This document shows, piece by piece, positions 22,257 through 32,701 of a DNA stretch of 64,000 nt. How positions within the stretch are numbered: position 1 is the stretch's first letter; the number at the start of each line of letters is the position of its first letter. The position numbers and the translations under genes were made by a program. Location of the stretch: IMG/VR virus record IMGVR_UViG_3300032245_001860, positions 251,853 to 315,852 of that record, one strand, 5' to 3'. The notes below the pieces were generated by a model. It was not told the origin of the DNA. It did no database searches and saw only the letters and a program-made list of their open reading frames with translations.

Positions 22257-25200
22257 ATGGCAAACGAACCGGAAAATTTCGCAGATAAAGTTATCAATTC
22301 ATTGATAAAACAATCAAAAGCAGTAGATTTAACTGCTGAAGAAGTGGCTGCTCAATCAGCAGATCCAGTACCTTCTGGAGATTTTGTTGCTTATGGAGCC
22401 CCGTCTGGAGGCGGTACAGGCCCAGGTGCAGGTGGTAATAAAGATATTGTTATCATTCCAGGCTATACTGGAACTGCTGCAACTTCTGTATCTCAAATTA
22501 ACTTTTATTGGTCTGCTCCCAATACACCAGATGCCACTGGTGTTGATAACAATATCCGTGCTACTATCTATAACTTTGCCACTAACCCTGGATCAGGTGT
22601 AACAAGATCTGTATTAGCATTTGGTGGATACGACGGAGCAAATCAATATAAACCAACACCTACGTATGGTGGTGGTACTGGTATCACATCTAAAATCTTT
22701 ATTGATCCATTTTTAGGTAAAATTGATACTGATTTTATTGGATTCAATAGCACTGGTGTAGCATCAACAACTGATGTAGGTACCATGTCTTACGATACCA
22801 CTCAAAATAGAATTAGAGTTGGTACTGGAGCTGGATCTGCAAAAACAGTTGCTTACACAGATGATGTGTCATCAGTAGCTGGTTTAGCTACTACAGCTCA
22901 AAATGTAAATATTGTCACTACTAATACTGGCACATTCTATCCACTATTTACAAGTTCTTCGACAACTGCTTCGGGAGCAGCAGTCTCTATAGATGGTACT
23001 GATATTTCCTATAACGCTGCAACTAATGTACTTACTGCTGGTCAATTCAGTGGACTTCACACTGGTGCTGCTGCTACATTTACAAATATTTATGGTCCAT
23101 TAACTGGTACCGCAACAACTGCACAAAATGTTTTTGTAACTAACCAAACTACTGGTACCTTCTATCCTGCATTATCAGTTTCTTCTGCCACAGCTAACGG
23201 CATAGCATTAGGTGTTGACGCAAATCTTTCTTTTGATGCTGCCACTAATGTTCTTACTGCAGGTCAATTTAGTGGCTTAGCTACAGGAGCTGCTGCTACA
23301 TTTACAAATATTTATGGTGCATTGACTGGTATAGCTACAACTGCTGGTTTGGCTACAACATCACAAAACGTAAATATTGTTACTGCTGCTACTGGTACAT
23401 TCTATCCTTTATTTACCAGTGCATCCACAACTGCATCTGGTGTTGCAGTATCTATCGATGGTACTGATGTTTCTTATAACTTTGCAACTAACACATTTAC
23501 TGCTGGTACTTTCTCTGGAAACTTATCTGCTACTGCTGCTACCGCTACAAACTTCTTTGGCACACTAACAGGGAACGTTACTGGTACAGCAACAACAGCT
23601 CAAAATGTCAATGTAGTATCTGGTGCAACTGGTACATTCTATCCATTATTTACAAGTGCTTCAGCAACTGCATCAGGTGTAGCAGTATCGATCAACAGTA
23701 CAAATATATCTTACAATTTTGCTACAAATACACTTACAGCTGGTACTTTCTCTGGAAACTTGTCAGCAACAGCTGCAACCGCTACTAACTTCTATGGTAC
23801 TCTCACAGGCAATGTAACAGGTACAGCTACAACATCACAAAATGTATATGTTACAGCACAAACTACTGGAACATTCTATCCAACATTCTCTGTATCTTCA
23901 TCAACAGCAAATGGAATTGCTCTTGGAGTAGATGCTCAACTTTCATTTGATGCTGCTACAAATACCTTAACATCTGGCAAATTTGATGGTTTGCATTCAG
24001 GTTCTGCTGCAACATTCACAAATATTTATGGAACTCTCACAGGAAATGTAACTGGTACTGCTACTACTGCACTTAATTTATCTTTACAATCCACTTCACA
24101 AAATGCAAGCCATTTAGTGCCATTTACCTTAAACTCAGCTACATCAGGAAGTGCGTTATCTACAAACGCTGGTTTCTCTTATAACCCAAATACTGGAGTA
24201 TTAACTGTTGGAACTGTCACTGGTACTATCTCTGGTATTGCTTCAACTTCTGCAAGTGCATTAGTTGCAGCTGCAGCGTCTAATAGTACTCATGCAGTTA
24301 TATTTAGCACTCCTACAACATCAACTGGTCAAGCTGGTGTAGCTTTATCATCAAGCTCTAATATAACTTACAATCCTTCTGGCAATGGAACTTTCTCATT
24401 AGGTTCAGGTCAGGCCACAATTAATGGTCTTACATTAGGCGCAACATCTAATACAATAACTACTTCTTCAGGCAACTTGACTCTTAATGCAAGTGGTGGG
24501 ACTGTCGTTATTGCTGCTAACTTAAATGTCCAAGGTACTGCAACATATATTGATTCAACAACTCAAACCATAACTGATCCTGTTATAGTACTTGGTTCTG
24601 GTGCAGGTGGTACTCATACCAATGTAACAGATACTGTAGATAGAGGTGTTGAGTTTAGAAGATTCTCAGGATCCGCAATCACTGGATTCTTTGGTCAATC
24701 TAATGCTTCTGGTAGATTTACATTCATTCCGAATGCAAATGTGACAGCTGCAAATACATACACTGGTTCTGTTGGTGTAATAGAAGCCAACTTAACTGGT
24801 ACTGCTGTTACTGCGACTAACTTCTTTGGTCCTTTAGTTGGAAATGCAGCTTCTGCTACAACTGCAGGTTTAGCTACAACAGCTCAAAATCTTAATATCG
24901 TAGCAACTACAACTGGAACACTTTATCCTTTATTTGCAAGTGTTTCAACTACTGCATCTGGTGTAGCAGTTTCTGTAGATGGAACTGATATTTCCTATAA
25001 CGCAGCCACCAATACTCTTACAGCTGGTCAGTTCAGTGGACTTCATACTGGTACTGCAGCTACGTTCACTAATATCTATGGTCCTTTGACAGGAACTGCA
25101 ACTACAGCTCAAAATGCTTATGTAACAGCTCAAACAACAGGTACATACTACCCTGTATTTACCAACACTTCTTCAACCACCAATGGTGTTGTATTAAGTG

Positions 25201-26924
25201 TTGAATCAACACTTACATGGGATGCAGCTACCAATACTCTTACTTCTGGCAAGTTCAGCGGATTGGCATCTGGTACTGCTGCAACATTTACAAACTTCTA
25301 CGGAACACTTAATGGTAGCATGACAGGTACAGCTACCACTTCACAAAATGTAAATATAGTAACTACCAACACTGGTACATTCTATCCATTATTTACAAGT
25401 TCTTCAACCACTGCATCCGGCGTTGCGGTATCTATAGATGGTACTGATATTTCCTACAATGCAGCTACTAACGTACTTACAGCTGGACAATTTAGTGGAT
25501 TAGCTACTGGTACTGCAGCTACGTTTACAAATATTTATGGCACTCTCACAGGTAATGTCACTGGTACTTCTACAACTTCCCAAAATGTAAATATAGTAAC
25601 TGCTGCTACTGGTACATTCTACCCATTGTTTACAAGCGCATCAACAACAGCTTCTGGTGTTGCTGTGTCTATCGATGGTACTGATGTTTCCTACAACTTT
25701 GCTACCAATACATTTACTGCAGGTACTTTCTCTGGAAACTTATCTGCTACTGCAGCAACTGCTACTAACTTCTTTGGAACATTTAATGGAAGTTTAGCAG
25801 GATCAGCTACTACATCCCAAAATGTAAATATTGTCACTACAAACACTGGTACTTTCTATCCGTTGTTTACAAGTGCATCTACCACTGCATCTGGTGTAGC
25901 TGTATCTATTGATGGTACTGATATTTCCTATAATGCAGCAACCAACGTTCTTACAGCTGGTCAATTTAGTGGATTACATACAGGTACTGCGTTCACAGCT
26001 ACTACATCTTTCTACGGACCATTGGCAGGTACTGCAACAACAGCACAAAATGTATTTGTAACTAACCAAACAACTGGTACCTTCTACCCAACCTTGTCTG
26101 TATCTTCTGCTACAGCAAATGGTATAGCCCTTGGAGTAGATGCTAACCTTTCATTTGATGCAGCTACTAATGTACTTACTGCTGGTCAGTTCAGTGGTTT
26201 AGCTACAGGAACTGCTGCAACATTTACTAATATTTATGGAACATTGGTAGGTACAGCAACAAGTGCAGCTAACTTGAATGTTGTAGCTGCTGCATCTGCT
26301 GGTGCACATTACCTTCTTATGTCACCAACAGCATCAGGTTCTGGTATTGCAGTATCTACTGATGCACAATTATCTTACGTTCCAAGTACAGATACTCTTA
26401 CAGTTTCAAATATCAACAATACAACTGTTACTGCAGCTGCTGATTTATCAGCAGGAACATATTTGACAATCAAAACTACTTCTGGTGATGACAACTCAAC
26501 TACAGACTTCTTTATCAGAGGTATAACATCTGGATCTGTATCCAAGTTCTCTGTTGATGCAAATGGTAACTTGAGAGCTACAACCAAAAGCTTTGATATT
26601 GAGCACCCAACTAAGCCAGGCATGAGACTTGTATATGGTGTTCTTGAAGGCCCAGAGCATGGCGTATATCATAGAGGTACTGTTGAAGGTAAGGGTGAAT
26701 TAAAGGTTATGCTCCCAGAATATTGGAGCAAGCTTGTTTGCCCAGATTATTCAGTCCAACTTACTCCATGGGGCAACTATAGTGTTCATATCGTTGAAAA
26801 GTCAACAGAATACTTTACAATTAAGCTTAATGGCAATGCTATAGCAAGAGCTATTAAGAATATCAAGGTTGACTATATAGTACATGGTTCGAGATTGGAT
26901 GCACCATTAGAAACAGAACAATAA
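22257..26924 (+). CDS. Repeat-rich tail-fibre protein (1555 aa)
   Basis: About 14 repeats of ~75-80 aa (TTxQNVxxVTxxTGTFYP...); KSFDIEHP/LEGPE C-terminal domain. Confidence 0.85.
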   Translation: MANEPENFADKVINSLIKQSKAVDLTAEEVAAQSADPVPSGDFVAYGAPSGGGTGPGAGGNKDIVIIPGYTGTAATSVSQINFYWSAPNTPDATGVDNNIRATIYNFATNPGSGVTRSVLAFGGYDGANQYKPTPTYGGGTGITSKIFIDPFLGKIDTDFIGFNSTGVASTTDVGTMSYDTTQNRIRVGTGAGSAKTVAYTDDVSSVAGLATTAQNVNIVTTNTGTFYPLFTSSSTTASGAAVSIDGTDISYNAATNVLTAGQFSGLHTGAAATFTNIYGPLTGTATTAQNVFVTNQTTGTFYPALSVSSATANGIALGVDANLSFDAATNVLTAGQFSGLATGAAATFTNIYGALTGIATTAGLATTSQNVNIVTAATGTFYPLFTSASTTASGVAVSIDGTDVSYNFATNTFTAGTFSGNLSATAATATNFFGTLTGNVTGTATTAQNVNVVSGATGTFYPLFTSASATASGVAVSINSTNISYNFATNTLTAGTFSGNLSATAATATNFYGTLTGNVTGTATTSQNVYVTAQTTGTFYPTFSVSSSTANGIALGVDAQLSFDAATNTLTSGKFDGLHSGSAATFTNIYGTLTGNVTGTATTALNLSLQSTSQNASHLVPFTLNSATSGSALSTNAGFSYNPNTGVLTVGTVTGTISGIASTSASALVAAAASNSTHAVIFSTPTTSTGQAGVALSSSSNITYNPSGNGTFSLGSGQATINGLTLGATSNTITTSSGNLTLNASGGTVVIAANLNVQGTATYIDSTTQTITDPVIVLGSGAGGTHTNVTDTVDRGVEFRRFSGSAITGFFGQSNASGRFTFIPNANVTAANTYTGSVGVIEANLTGTAVTATNFFGPLVGNAASATTAGLATTAQNLNIVATTTGTLYPLFASVSTTASGVAVSVDGTDISYNAATNTLTAGQFSGLHTGTAATFTNIYGPLTGTATTAQNAYVTAQTTGTYYPVFTNTSSTTNGVVLSVESTLTWDAATNTLTSGKFSGLASGTAATFTNFYGTLNGSMTGTATTSQNVNIVTTNTGTFYPLFTSSSTTASGVAVSIDGTDISYNAATNVLTAGQFSGLATGTAATFTNIYGTLTGNVTGTSTTSQNVNIVTAATGTFYPLFTSASTTASGVAVSIDGTDVSYNFATNTFTAGTFSGNLSATAATATNFFGTFNGSLAGSATTSQNVNIVTTNTGTFYPLFTSASTTASGVAVSIDGTDISYNAATNVLTAGQFSGLHTGTAFTATTSFYGPLAGTATTAQNVFVTNQTTGTFYPTLSVSSATANGIALGVDANLSFDAATNVLTAGQFSGLATGTAATFTNIYGTLVGTATSAANLNVVAAASAGAHYLLMSPTASGSGIAVSTDAQLSYVPSTDTLTVSNINNTTVTAAADLSAGTYLTIKTTSGDDNSTTDFFIRGITSGSVSKFSVDANGNLRATTKSFDIEHPTKPGMRLVYGVLEGPEHGVYHRGTVEGKGELKVMLPEYWSKLVCPDYSVQLTPWGNYSVHIVEKSTEYFTIKLNGNAIARAIKNIKVDYIVHGSRLDAPLETEQ
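22888..26410 (+). repeat. Intragenic ~225-240 bp tandem repeats (~14 units, interrupted by one central domain; boundaries approximate)
   Basis: Protein units nearly identical; DNA units differ mainly at synonymous sites. Confidence 0.85.
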
Positions 26925-27181
26925 TGCATAAATTCAGAATTTATTTGCCAACAAATAAAAATGCAGCTTGGCTTGTAATTGAGGAAGGAAATATAAATAT
27001 TGAAGCTGGAATCAGATTCATATACAACTTCCTCGATTACAACGAGCAAACTCTTGACCGAAATTTATTTATAATTAACGGTGATGATTTTGCAGCAATA
27101 GGACGAAGTGGTAAAGATACAAGAATTGCAATATTAGAGTTATTGATGGAAACCACTGGTGCAATTTTAGTGAAGGAATAA
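26924..27181 (+). CDS. Small hypothetical protein, possible fibre chaperone
   Basis: TAATG-coupled to the fibre gene; ordinary globular composition. Confidence 0.6.
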   Translation: MHKFRIYLPTNKNAAWLVIEEGNINIEAGIRFIYNFLDYNEQTLDRNLFIINGDDFAAIGRSGKDTRIAILELLMETTGAILVKE

Positions 27182-27187
27182 TATTAG

Positions 27188-30100
27188 ATGGCAACAGATG
27201 TCATTATTGACCCAGCCAATGGTCAGATATATTGGAATGATGGCACTGGATCACCTCAATCTATTTCTATCGGTGGTAATGCTCAAGATGTAATTAATGT
27301 TACAGGCTATAGTGCTGCCTTTTCACCTGGATCTACACCTGCAGCATCTGTAGCAGGAGTTCTTGTAAAATTTACTGATGCAGCAACTGGAACCCTAACT
27401 CCTGGCACTAATGCTTACGAGTTAGGGTCTGGTTCTTTAAGATGGAAAATATTTGGCACTACCACAAATATTTCCGATAATGCTTCTGCTTTAGGTACTA
27501 ACACCTTTTCATTAACTACTGGTTTAGTGCAAGTCAATGGCGGAATTGCAATCTCAGGCAATGTTGGCATTGGACGAACACTATTTTATTATAATCCAAA
27601 CGACCCAAGATATTTTGTAGGCTTTAGATCTTCTGCTTCTTTAGCGAGTACACAGGATTATATATTGCCACTCGCCTATCCAGCTACAGGATCTTCTGTT
27701 TTACAATCTGACACTGCTGGTACTTTGACATGGGTTCCTATGACAACCAGTGGAGCAGCATCTGGTGTTACTGCACAAAATATAAATATTGTAAGTGCAA
27801 CTACTGGAACATTTTTTCCTTTATTCACTAATACATCATCTACAGCTAATGGTATTTCGGGTGTAGCAGTTTCTGTCGATAGTAATTTCTCTTTTGATGC
27901 TGCAAGTAATGTATTAGTTGTTGATGGTGCTACTTTAGGAGGCTTGGGATTAACTACCACTCTTGCTTCTTTTGATATTGGCAACACATCATCAATAGCT
28001 CAAACTTTAAACTTTTCAAATACAACTACTGGACAAGTTCAATATAATTTTGGCACTGCTTCTGCAAGTGCTTCTACAGCTACATTCTTTGGATCAGTCA
28101 ACTCCAATAGAATGATCTTAAATGTAAACTCTGCTGGTAACTTATATATCCAAACAAACCAAGTTAACGCAAGAGTCAGATTATTTCAAAACAATACAAC
28201 TGGTAACGTATCTATATTTGGCACTGGTGGTGGAACCTTATACTTAGGTGAAGATACCATCACAAATAATGCTGATATTTCTATCAGAGGATCAGTTCTT
28301 AATGGTGGTGGTGGAAATGTTAGAGCTGCTATATTCACACTTTCTACAGCAACCTCAAATGGGTCAGGTATTGGCGGAACTTTAGTTTTTCAAACAAGTA
28401 CATCAGGCAATGCTACAGCTAATTTGCCTAATGCTCTCAGAACAAGATTGAGAATTGAAGGTGCTGCAACTGGTACTTCAAACCTTGAAAGTATTATAAT
28501 TTTAGGTGATGCCACTTCTGGCACTGCTTGGTCATCATATTTAAGAGGGGTTGATGCTTCTGGTACTGATGTTGAAGCTGGCGAAATTCAAATTCAAGCA
28601 GGTAGATCAACAGGTACAGGAGCTGCAAGAGGAATAAGCTTTTATGTTTCTCCTTCTGGTACAACTTCCTCTACCATAAATGCTGCAAGTCAAATAGCAA
28701 GATTTTCCTCAACTGGTTTTACTATTTACTCAACTACTAATGCTACATCTACCACTTCAGGAGCATTGATTGTTACTGGTGGTGTTGGTATTGGTGGCTC
28801 TATATTCTTAGGGAGCCAATTAACTCAAACTTATACTCCTGTAACAGGTGCAGGATTAGATCATTCTGTGTTTTTGCAGAGTAACCCATTTCCTACCAAT
28901 GTCGGTGCAGTAATTCAAGTTGGATTTGGAACTGCTTGGGATGGGTCTACTGCTGGATTTTTTAATGGATCTCCTAATGGTACATGGTTAGGAATTAGTG
29001 CTGCAACAGCAAACACAGCTGATTTCTTAAGTTTTCAAGAAAATGGAACATCGAGATTTACTGTAGGTGCTGGCGGAACAACAAGAATTGCAGCTACAAA
29101 TACAGCAACATCCACTACTTCTGGAGCTTTAATTGTTTCTGGTGGTGTGGGTATTAATGGAAATGCATTTATTGGCGGAACTACTACGATAACAAACACC
29201 ACCTCTTCAACTGGTAATTCAACTGGTGCGTTTGTTGTATATGGTGGCACAAATATTGGCGGTAATGCATTCATCGGTGGCACCACTGTAGTTCTCAATA
29301 CGACAACTTCAACAAGTACAGGTACTGGCGCTTTAGTTGTTAGAGGTGGCGCAGGAGTAGCTGGTACATTAAATGTTGGGACTAACGTAGTTGTAGGAGC
29401 TCTCAATTATGCAGCAACAAATGTTTTGGGAGCATTCCAATCAAGTGTCAATAGCTTTAATCAGTTTATTGTCCAAAATACGAATAATGGTTCGTCTGCT
29501 TCCGCTGACTTTGTTTTAAATAATGATTTATCTTCTGACGCAGCATATTATGCAAATTTGGGAATGAATTCCAGTGGCTGGGCAACTACAACATCGCCTT
29601 TCAATACAGCTAATGCAACTTATTTAACTGCAACTACTGGAGATCTTGTTTTAGGTACAACTACTGCTAATGCTATTAGAATTGGTACTGGCGGGACAAT
29701 ATTTGATACAATTAATATCAATGCTGCTGGTACTGCTGTATCTATAACACCAGCTACAGCGTCTGGAACCACATCTACTGGTGCATTAACAATAGTTGGT
29801 GGTGTAGGTATTGGCGGAAGTGTCAATATTGGCAAAACTCTCAATTTATGGAATCCTGCTTACACATTCTCAACCAATTTAGCATCTGGCGCAGTTACAG
29901 CAACTACAACTTATATTTTACCAACTGCATACCCCTCTGGTACTGGAACTTCATATCTTTCAGCAAGTACAACAGGTGTAATGGCTTGGGTAGCAGCTCC
30001 TACAAGTGGAGGCGGTACTCCTGGTGGTTCTACAAGACAAATTCAGTACAACAATGCTTCATCTTTTGCTGGCGCTGGTGGATTTGAATTTACAACAGGT

Positions 30101-30583
30101 GGTATAGCAAATACTGTTTCAATATTTTCAACTTCTGGAACAGGATATACAGGTGGACTGTGGATCAATACAATAAATGGTTCAACTACAAGGGTTGGTA
30201 TTGGACTTTCAAACCCACAATTTGAACTTGAAATTAATGGTGAAATATCAGCTACCAATAAAAGCTTTGTAATTGATCATCCTACTAAGCCTGACATGAA
30301 ACTCCGATATGGCTCATTAGAAGGCCCTGAAAATGGAGTTTATGTCAGAGGAATATTAATTGGCAATAATATCATAGAGACACCTGATTATTGGGTTGGT
30401 TTAGTTGATCCTAACACATTTACTGTGAATCTTACTCCAATAGGAAAATTTGCTCATTTATATGTTGAAAAAATAGAAGATTATAAAGTTTATGTTGGCA
30501 ATAGTAGCGCAACTAATATCCATTGTTTTTATACTATCTGGGCTGAAAGAAAAGATATTCCTAAACTTGTGACGGAGTATTAG
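27188..30583 (+). CDS. Tail-fibre protein (1131 aa)
   Basis: GALIVxGGVGI repeats; KSFVIDHP...GSLEGPENGVYVRG C-terminus. Confidence 0.85.
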   Translation: MATDVIIDPANGQIYWNDGTGSPQSISIGGNAQDVINVTGYSAAFSPGSTPAASVAGVLVKFTDAATGTLTPGTNAYELGSGSLRWKIFGTTTNISDNASALGTNTFSLTTGLVQVNGGIAISGNVGIGRTLFYYNPNDPRYFVGFRSSASLASTQDYILPLAYPATGSSVLQSDTAGTLTWVPMTTSGAASGVTAQNINIVSATTGTFFPLFTNTSSTANGISGVAVSVDSNFSFDAASNVLVVDGATLGGLGLTTTLASFDIGNTSSIAQTLNFSNTTTGQVQYNFGTASASASTATFFGSVNSNRMILNVNSAGNLYIQTNQVNARVRLFQNNTTGNVSIFGTGGGTLYLGEDTITNNADISIRGSVLNGGGGNVRAAIFTLSTATSNGSGIGGTLVFQTSTSGNATANLPNALRTRLRIEGAATGTSNLESIIILGDATSGTAWSSYLRGVDASGTDVEAGEIQIQAGRSTGTGAARGISFYVSPSGTTSSTINAASQIARFSSTGFTIYSTTNATSTTSGALIVTGGVGIGGSIFLGSQLTQTYTPVTGAGLDHSVFLQSNPFPTNVGAVIQVGFGTAWDGSTAGFFNGSPNGTWLGISAATANTADFLSFQENGTSRFTVGAGGTTRIAATNTATSTTSGALIVSGGVGINGNAFIGGTTTITNTTSSTGNSTGAFVVYGGTNIGGNAFIGGTTVVLNTTTSTSTGTGALVVRGGAGVAGTLNVGTNVVVGALNYAATNVLGAFQSSVNSFNQFIVQNTNNGSSASADFVLNNDLSSDAAYYANLGMNSSGWATTTSPFNTANATYLTATTGDLVLGTTTANAIRIGTGGTIFDTININAAGTAVSITPATASGTTSTGALTIVGGVGIGGSVNIGKTLNLWNPAYTFSTNLASGAVTATTTYILPTAYPSGTGTSYLSASTTGVMAWVAAPTSGGGTPGGSTRQIQYNNASSFAGAGGFEFTTGGIANTVSIFSTSGTGYTGGLWINTINGSTTRVGIGLSNPQFELEINGEISATNKSFVIDHPTKPDMKLRYGSLEGPENGVYVRGILIGNNIIETPDYWVGLVDPNTFTVNLTPIGKFAHLYVEKIEDYKVYVGNSSATNIHCFYTIWAERKDIPKLVTEY

Positions 30584-30584
30584 T

Positions 30585-31316
30585 ATGGGTCACTATTTTA
30601 ACCCCAATATTCCAAAAGAAAATTTTCATTGGGCAGTTGATGCAGCAAATATTCGTTCTTATAATGGAACTGGAACTGTCTGGTTTGATGTTGTTGATGC
30701 TAACAATTTAACTTTGACTAATACTCCAACATTCTCATCTTTAGGAGCAACTTCTAATTTTGCTTTCAATGGCTCAACGCAATATGCAGTAAATTCTTCT
30801 TTGATTAGTCCAGCTTTAATTCAAGGACCAATTACTGTCAATGTAATTTTTTCTCCAAATACTCTTACTGGCACCCAAAATGTATTTTCTTTATTTGACA
30901 ATGTAAACAGGGCATTGCAAATTGGTTACAACGGAACAACAGGAGCTGTTTGGAAGTTTGGCGGAACATCATTAGTAACTTACAATTATGCTGGTGTTGG
31001 AACAGTATGGCATGTTACATACACATGTGATGGATCTAATAATTCCAAAGTTTATGTAAATGGTCAATTAAATAACTCTGGTGTTGTCGCTACTGATACA
31101 GGTACACCAGTTTATTACACTGTTGGTACTTATGGCGCTGGTGTAGGCCAGTTTTTTAATGGCAAAGTATATTATGCTTCTATACATAAAAAAGTATTTA
31201 CAGATAGAGAAGTGGCTTCTATGTGGCATGCGCTAAGAAGAAGATATGGTTATGCAGGAATTGGTATTACGCCTGTTGGTGATGCTGTCGTTGGCGGACT
31301 CCAAGGAGGCCAATAA
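30585..31316 (+). CDS. LamG-like protein (second array, copy 1)
   Basis: DAANIRSY, WHVTYT...VYVNG. Confidence 0.8.
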   Translation: MGHYFNPNIPKENFHWAVDAANIRSYNGTGTVWFDVVDANNLTLTNTPTFSSLGATSNFAFNGSTQYAVNSSLISPALIQGPITVNVIFSPNTLTGTQNVFSLFDNVNRALQIGYNGTTGAVWKFGGTSLVTYNYAGVGTVWHVTYTCDGSNNSKVYVNGQLNNSGVVATDTGTPVYYTVGTYGAGVGQFFNGKVYYASIHKKVFTDREVASMWHALRRRYGYAGIGITPVGDAVVGGLQGGQ

Positions 31317-31984
31317 TGGGTGGTGGTGTTGGTCCAGTAGGACAAGCATTAGAAAATGTTGTTGTGAGAATTGATGCTGTTAACGCCAATTCATATTCAG
31401 GATCGGGAACAACTATTAACTCTTTACTTAATTCACAAACATTAAGCTCAAGTGGTGTGACTTTCATATCGGCAAAAGGCGAAAGCGTGTTTGTTTTTGG
31501 TGGCTCAGGATATGTTACATCATCTAATAATACTGGAGTATCAGGAACTCAAAACAAAACCATGGCAGCATGGGTTAGATTTGGAACTAAAGGCACTCAA
31601 GGAAGTATGTCAACAGGTGCAAATGGTGCAGGTACAGGGATGGCATTGGCAACTTCAAGCAGTGTCATATTGTTAGGTTATGGCAATTCTGGCACATTAA
31701 CTACATATTCTTATAATGCTCATCAATGGTATTACTTGGTATATACAAGTAGCTTAGTTTCTGGCTCAACCCATAATATTCAGTTGTATGTAAATGGTGG
31801 TTTAGCTCATTCTGCATTAGTTCCAAATATCAACTTGACAAATAATTCTCTACGAATTGGTTGTGACAATAGTGGTTTTGGCATGAGTGGTTTCATCTCA
31901 AGAGCAAATTTTTACAATAAAAGTTTATCGCCAAGAGAAATACAAAAGAACTATCAAAATTATAAAAATAGGTTTGGATTATAA
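31316..31984 (+). CDS. LamG-like protein (second array, copy 2)
   Basis: WYYLVYT...LYVNG, YNKSLSPREI. Confidence 0.8.
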   Translation: MGGGVGPVGQALENVVVRIDAVNANSYSGSGTTINSLLNSQTLSSSGVTFISAKGESVFVFGGSGYVTSSNNTGVSGTQNKTMAAWVRFGTKGTQGSMSTGANGAGTGMALATSSSVILLGYGNSGTLTTYSYNAHQWYYLVYTSSLVSGSTHNIQLYVNGGLAHSALVPNINLTNNSLRIGCDNSGFGMSGFISRANFYNKSLSPREIQKNYQNYKNRFGL

Positions 31985-31985
31985 A

Positions 31986-32672
31986 ATGGGACAAAAAGGC
32001 GGACCTAACATACCATTTGAAAATTTACAATTTGTCTTTGATCCAAGACACCCAAGCTCGTTGTCAGGAAATTATATAACTTTAATTGATTCAATAATAG
32101 GAAGCGCTACAGGAGCTACTCTTTCTGGAAGTGGAACAACTTTAGGAATAAATTTCTCAGCAATTTCTGATACTTTAAATTTTGGAAATATATCAAAAAT
32201 TAACCTGACTGCAAACCTTACAGTTATGGGATGGATTTATCCTAAAAGTTTTGGAGGTGGAAGCAGTGGAAGGATATTTGATAAGTTCAAGACTACCGTT
32301 CCTCAATCAGGATTTGCTTTATGGATTGATAATGCTATAGGAACAAATGCAATTGTTTATGGTACTGGGTGGACTGTTAGTACTACAGTGGCAAGATTGA
32401 GTAACCAAGTAAATTTAAATACTTGGCAACACTTTGCTGCTGTGCACAGCGGAACAACTGTTACATTTTATAAAAATGGCTCTTCTATAGGTTCAAGTTC
32501 AAGTATTACAGCTCCTACATCAGGAAGTGTTAATGCATGTATTGGAAATAACGCTGGTGGAACAAATAATTTTGATGGAATTTTAGGTGCAGTGAGAATT
32601 TACAGTCGTGCACTGTCTGCAACAGAAATATTGCAAACCTACAATTCTACAAAATCAAAATTTGGTTTATAA
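31986..32672 (+). CDS. LamG-like protein (second array, copy 3; start moved to MGQKGG)
   Basis: WQHFAAV...FYKNG, YSRALSATEI; paralogues start with MG. Confidence 0.8.
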   Translation: MGQKGGPNIPFENLQFVFDPRHPSSLSGNYITLIDSIIGSATGATLSGSGTTLGINFSAISDTLNFGNISKINLTANLTVMGWIYPKSFGGGSSGRIFDKFKTTVPQSGFALWIDNAIGTNAIVYGTGWTVSTTVARLSNQVNLNTWQHFAAVHSGTTVTFYKNGSSIGSSSSITAPTSGSVNACIGNNAGGTNNFDGILGAVRIYSRALSATEILQTYNSTKSKFGL

Positions 32673-32701
32673 AATTATTTATAATATAAGAGTACAAACA
32701 A

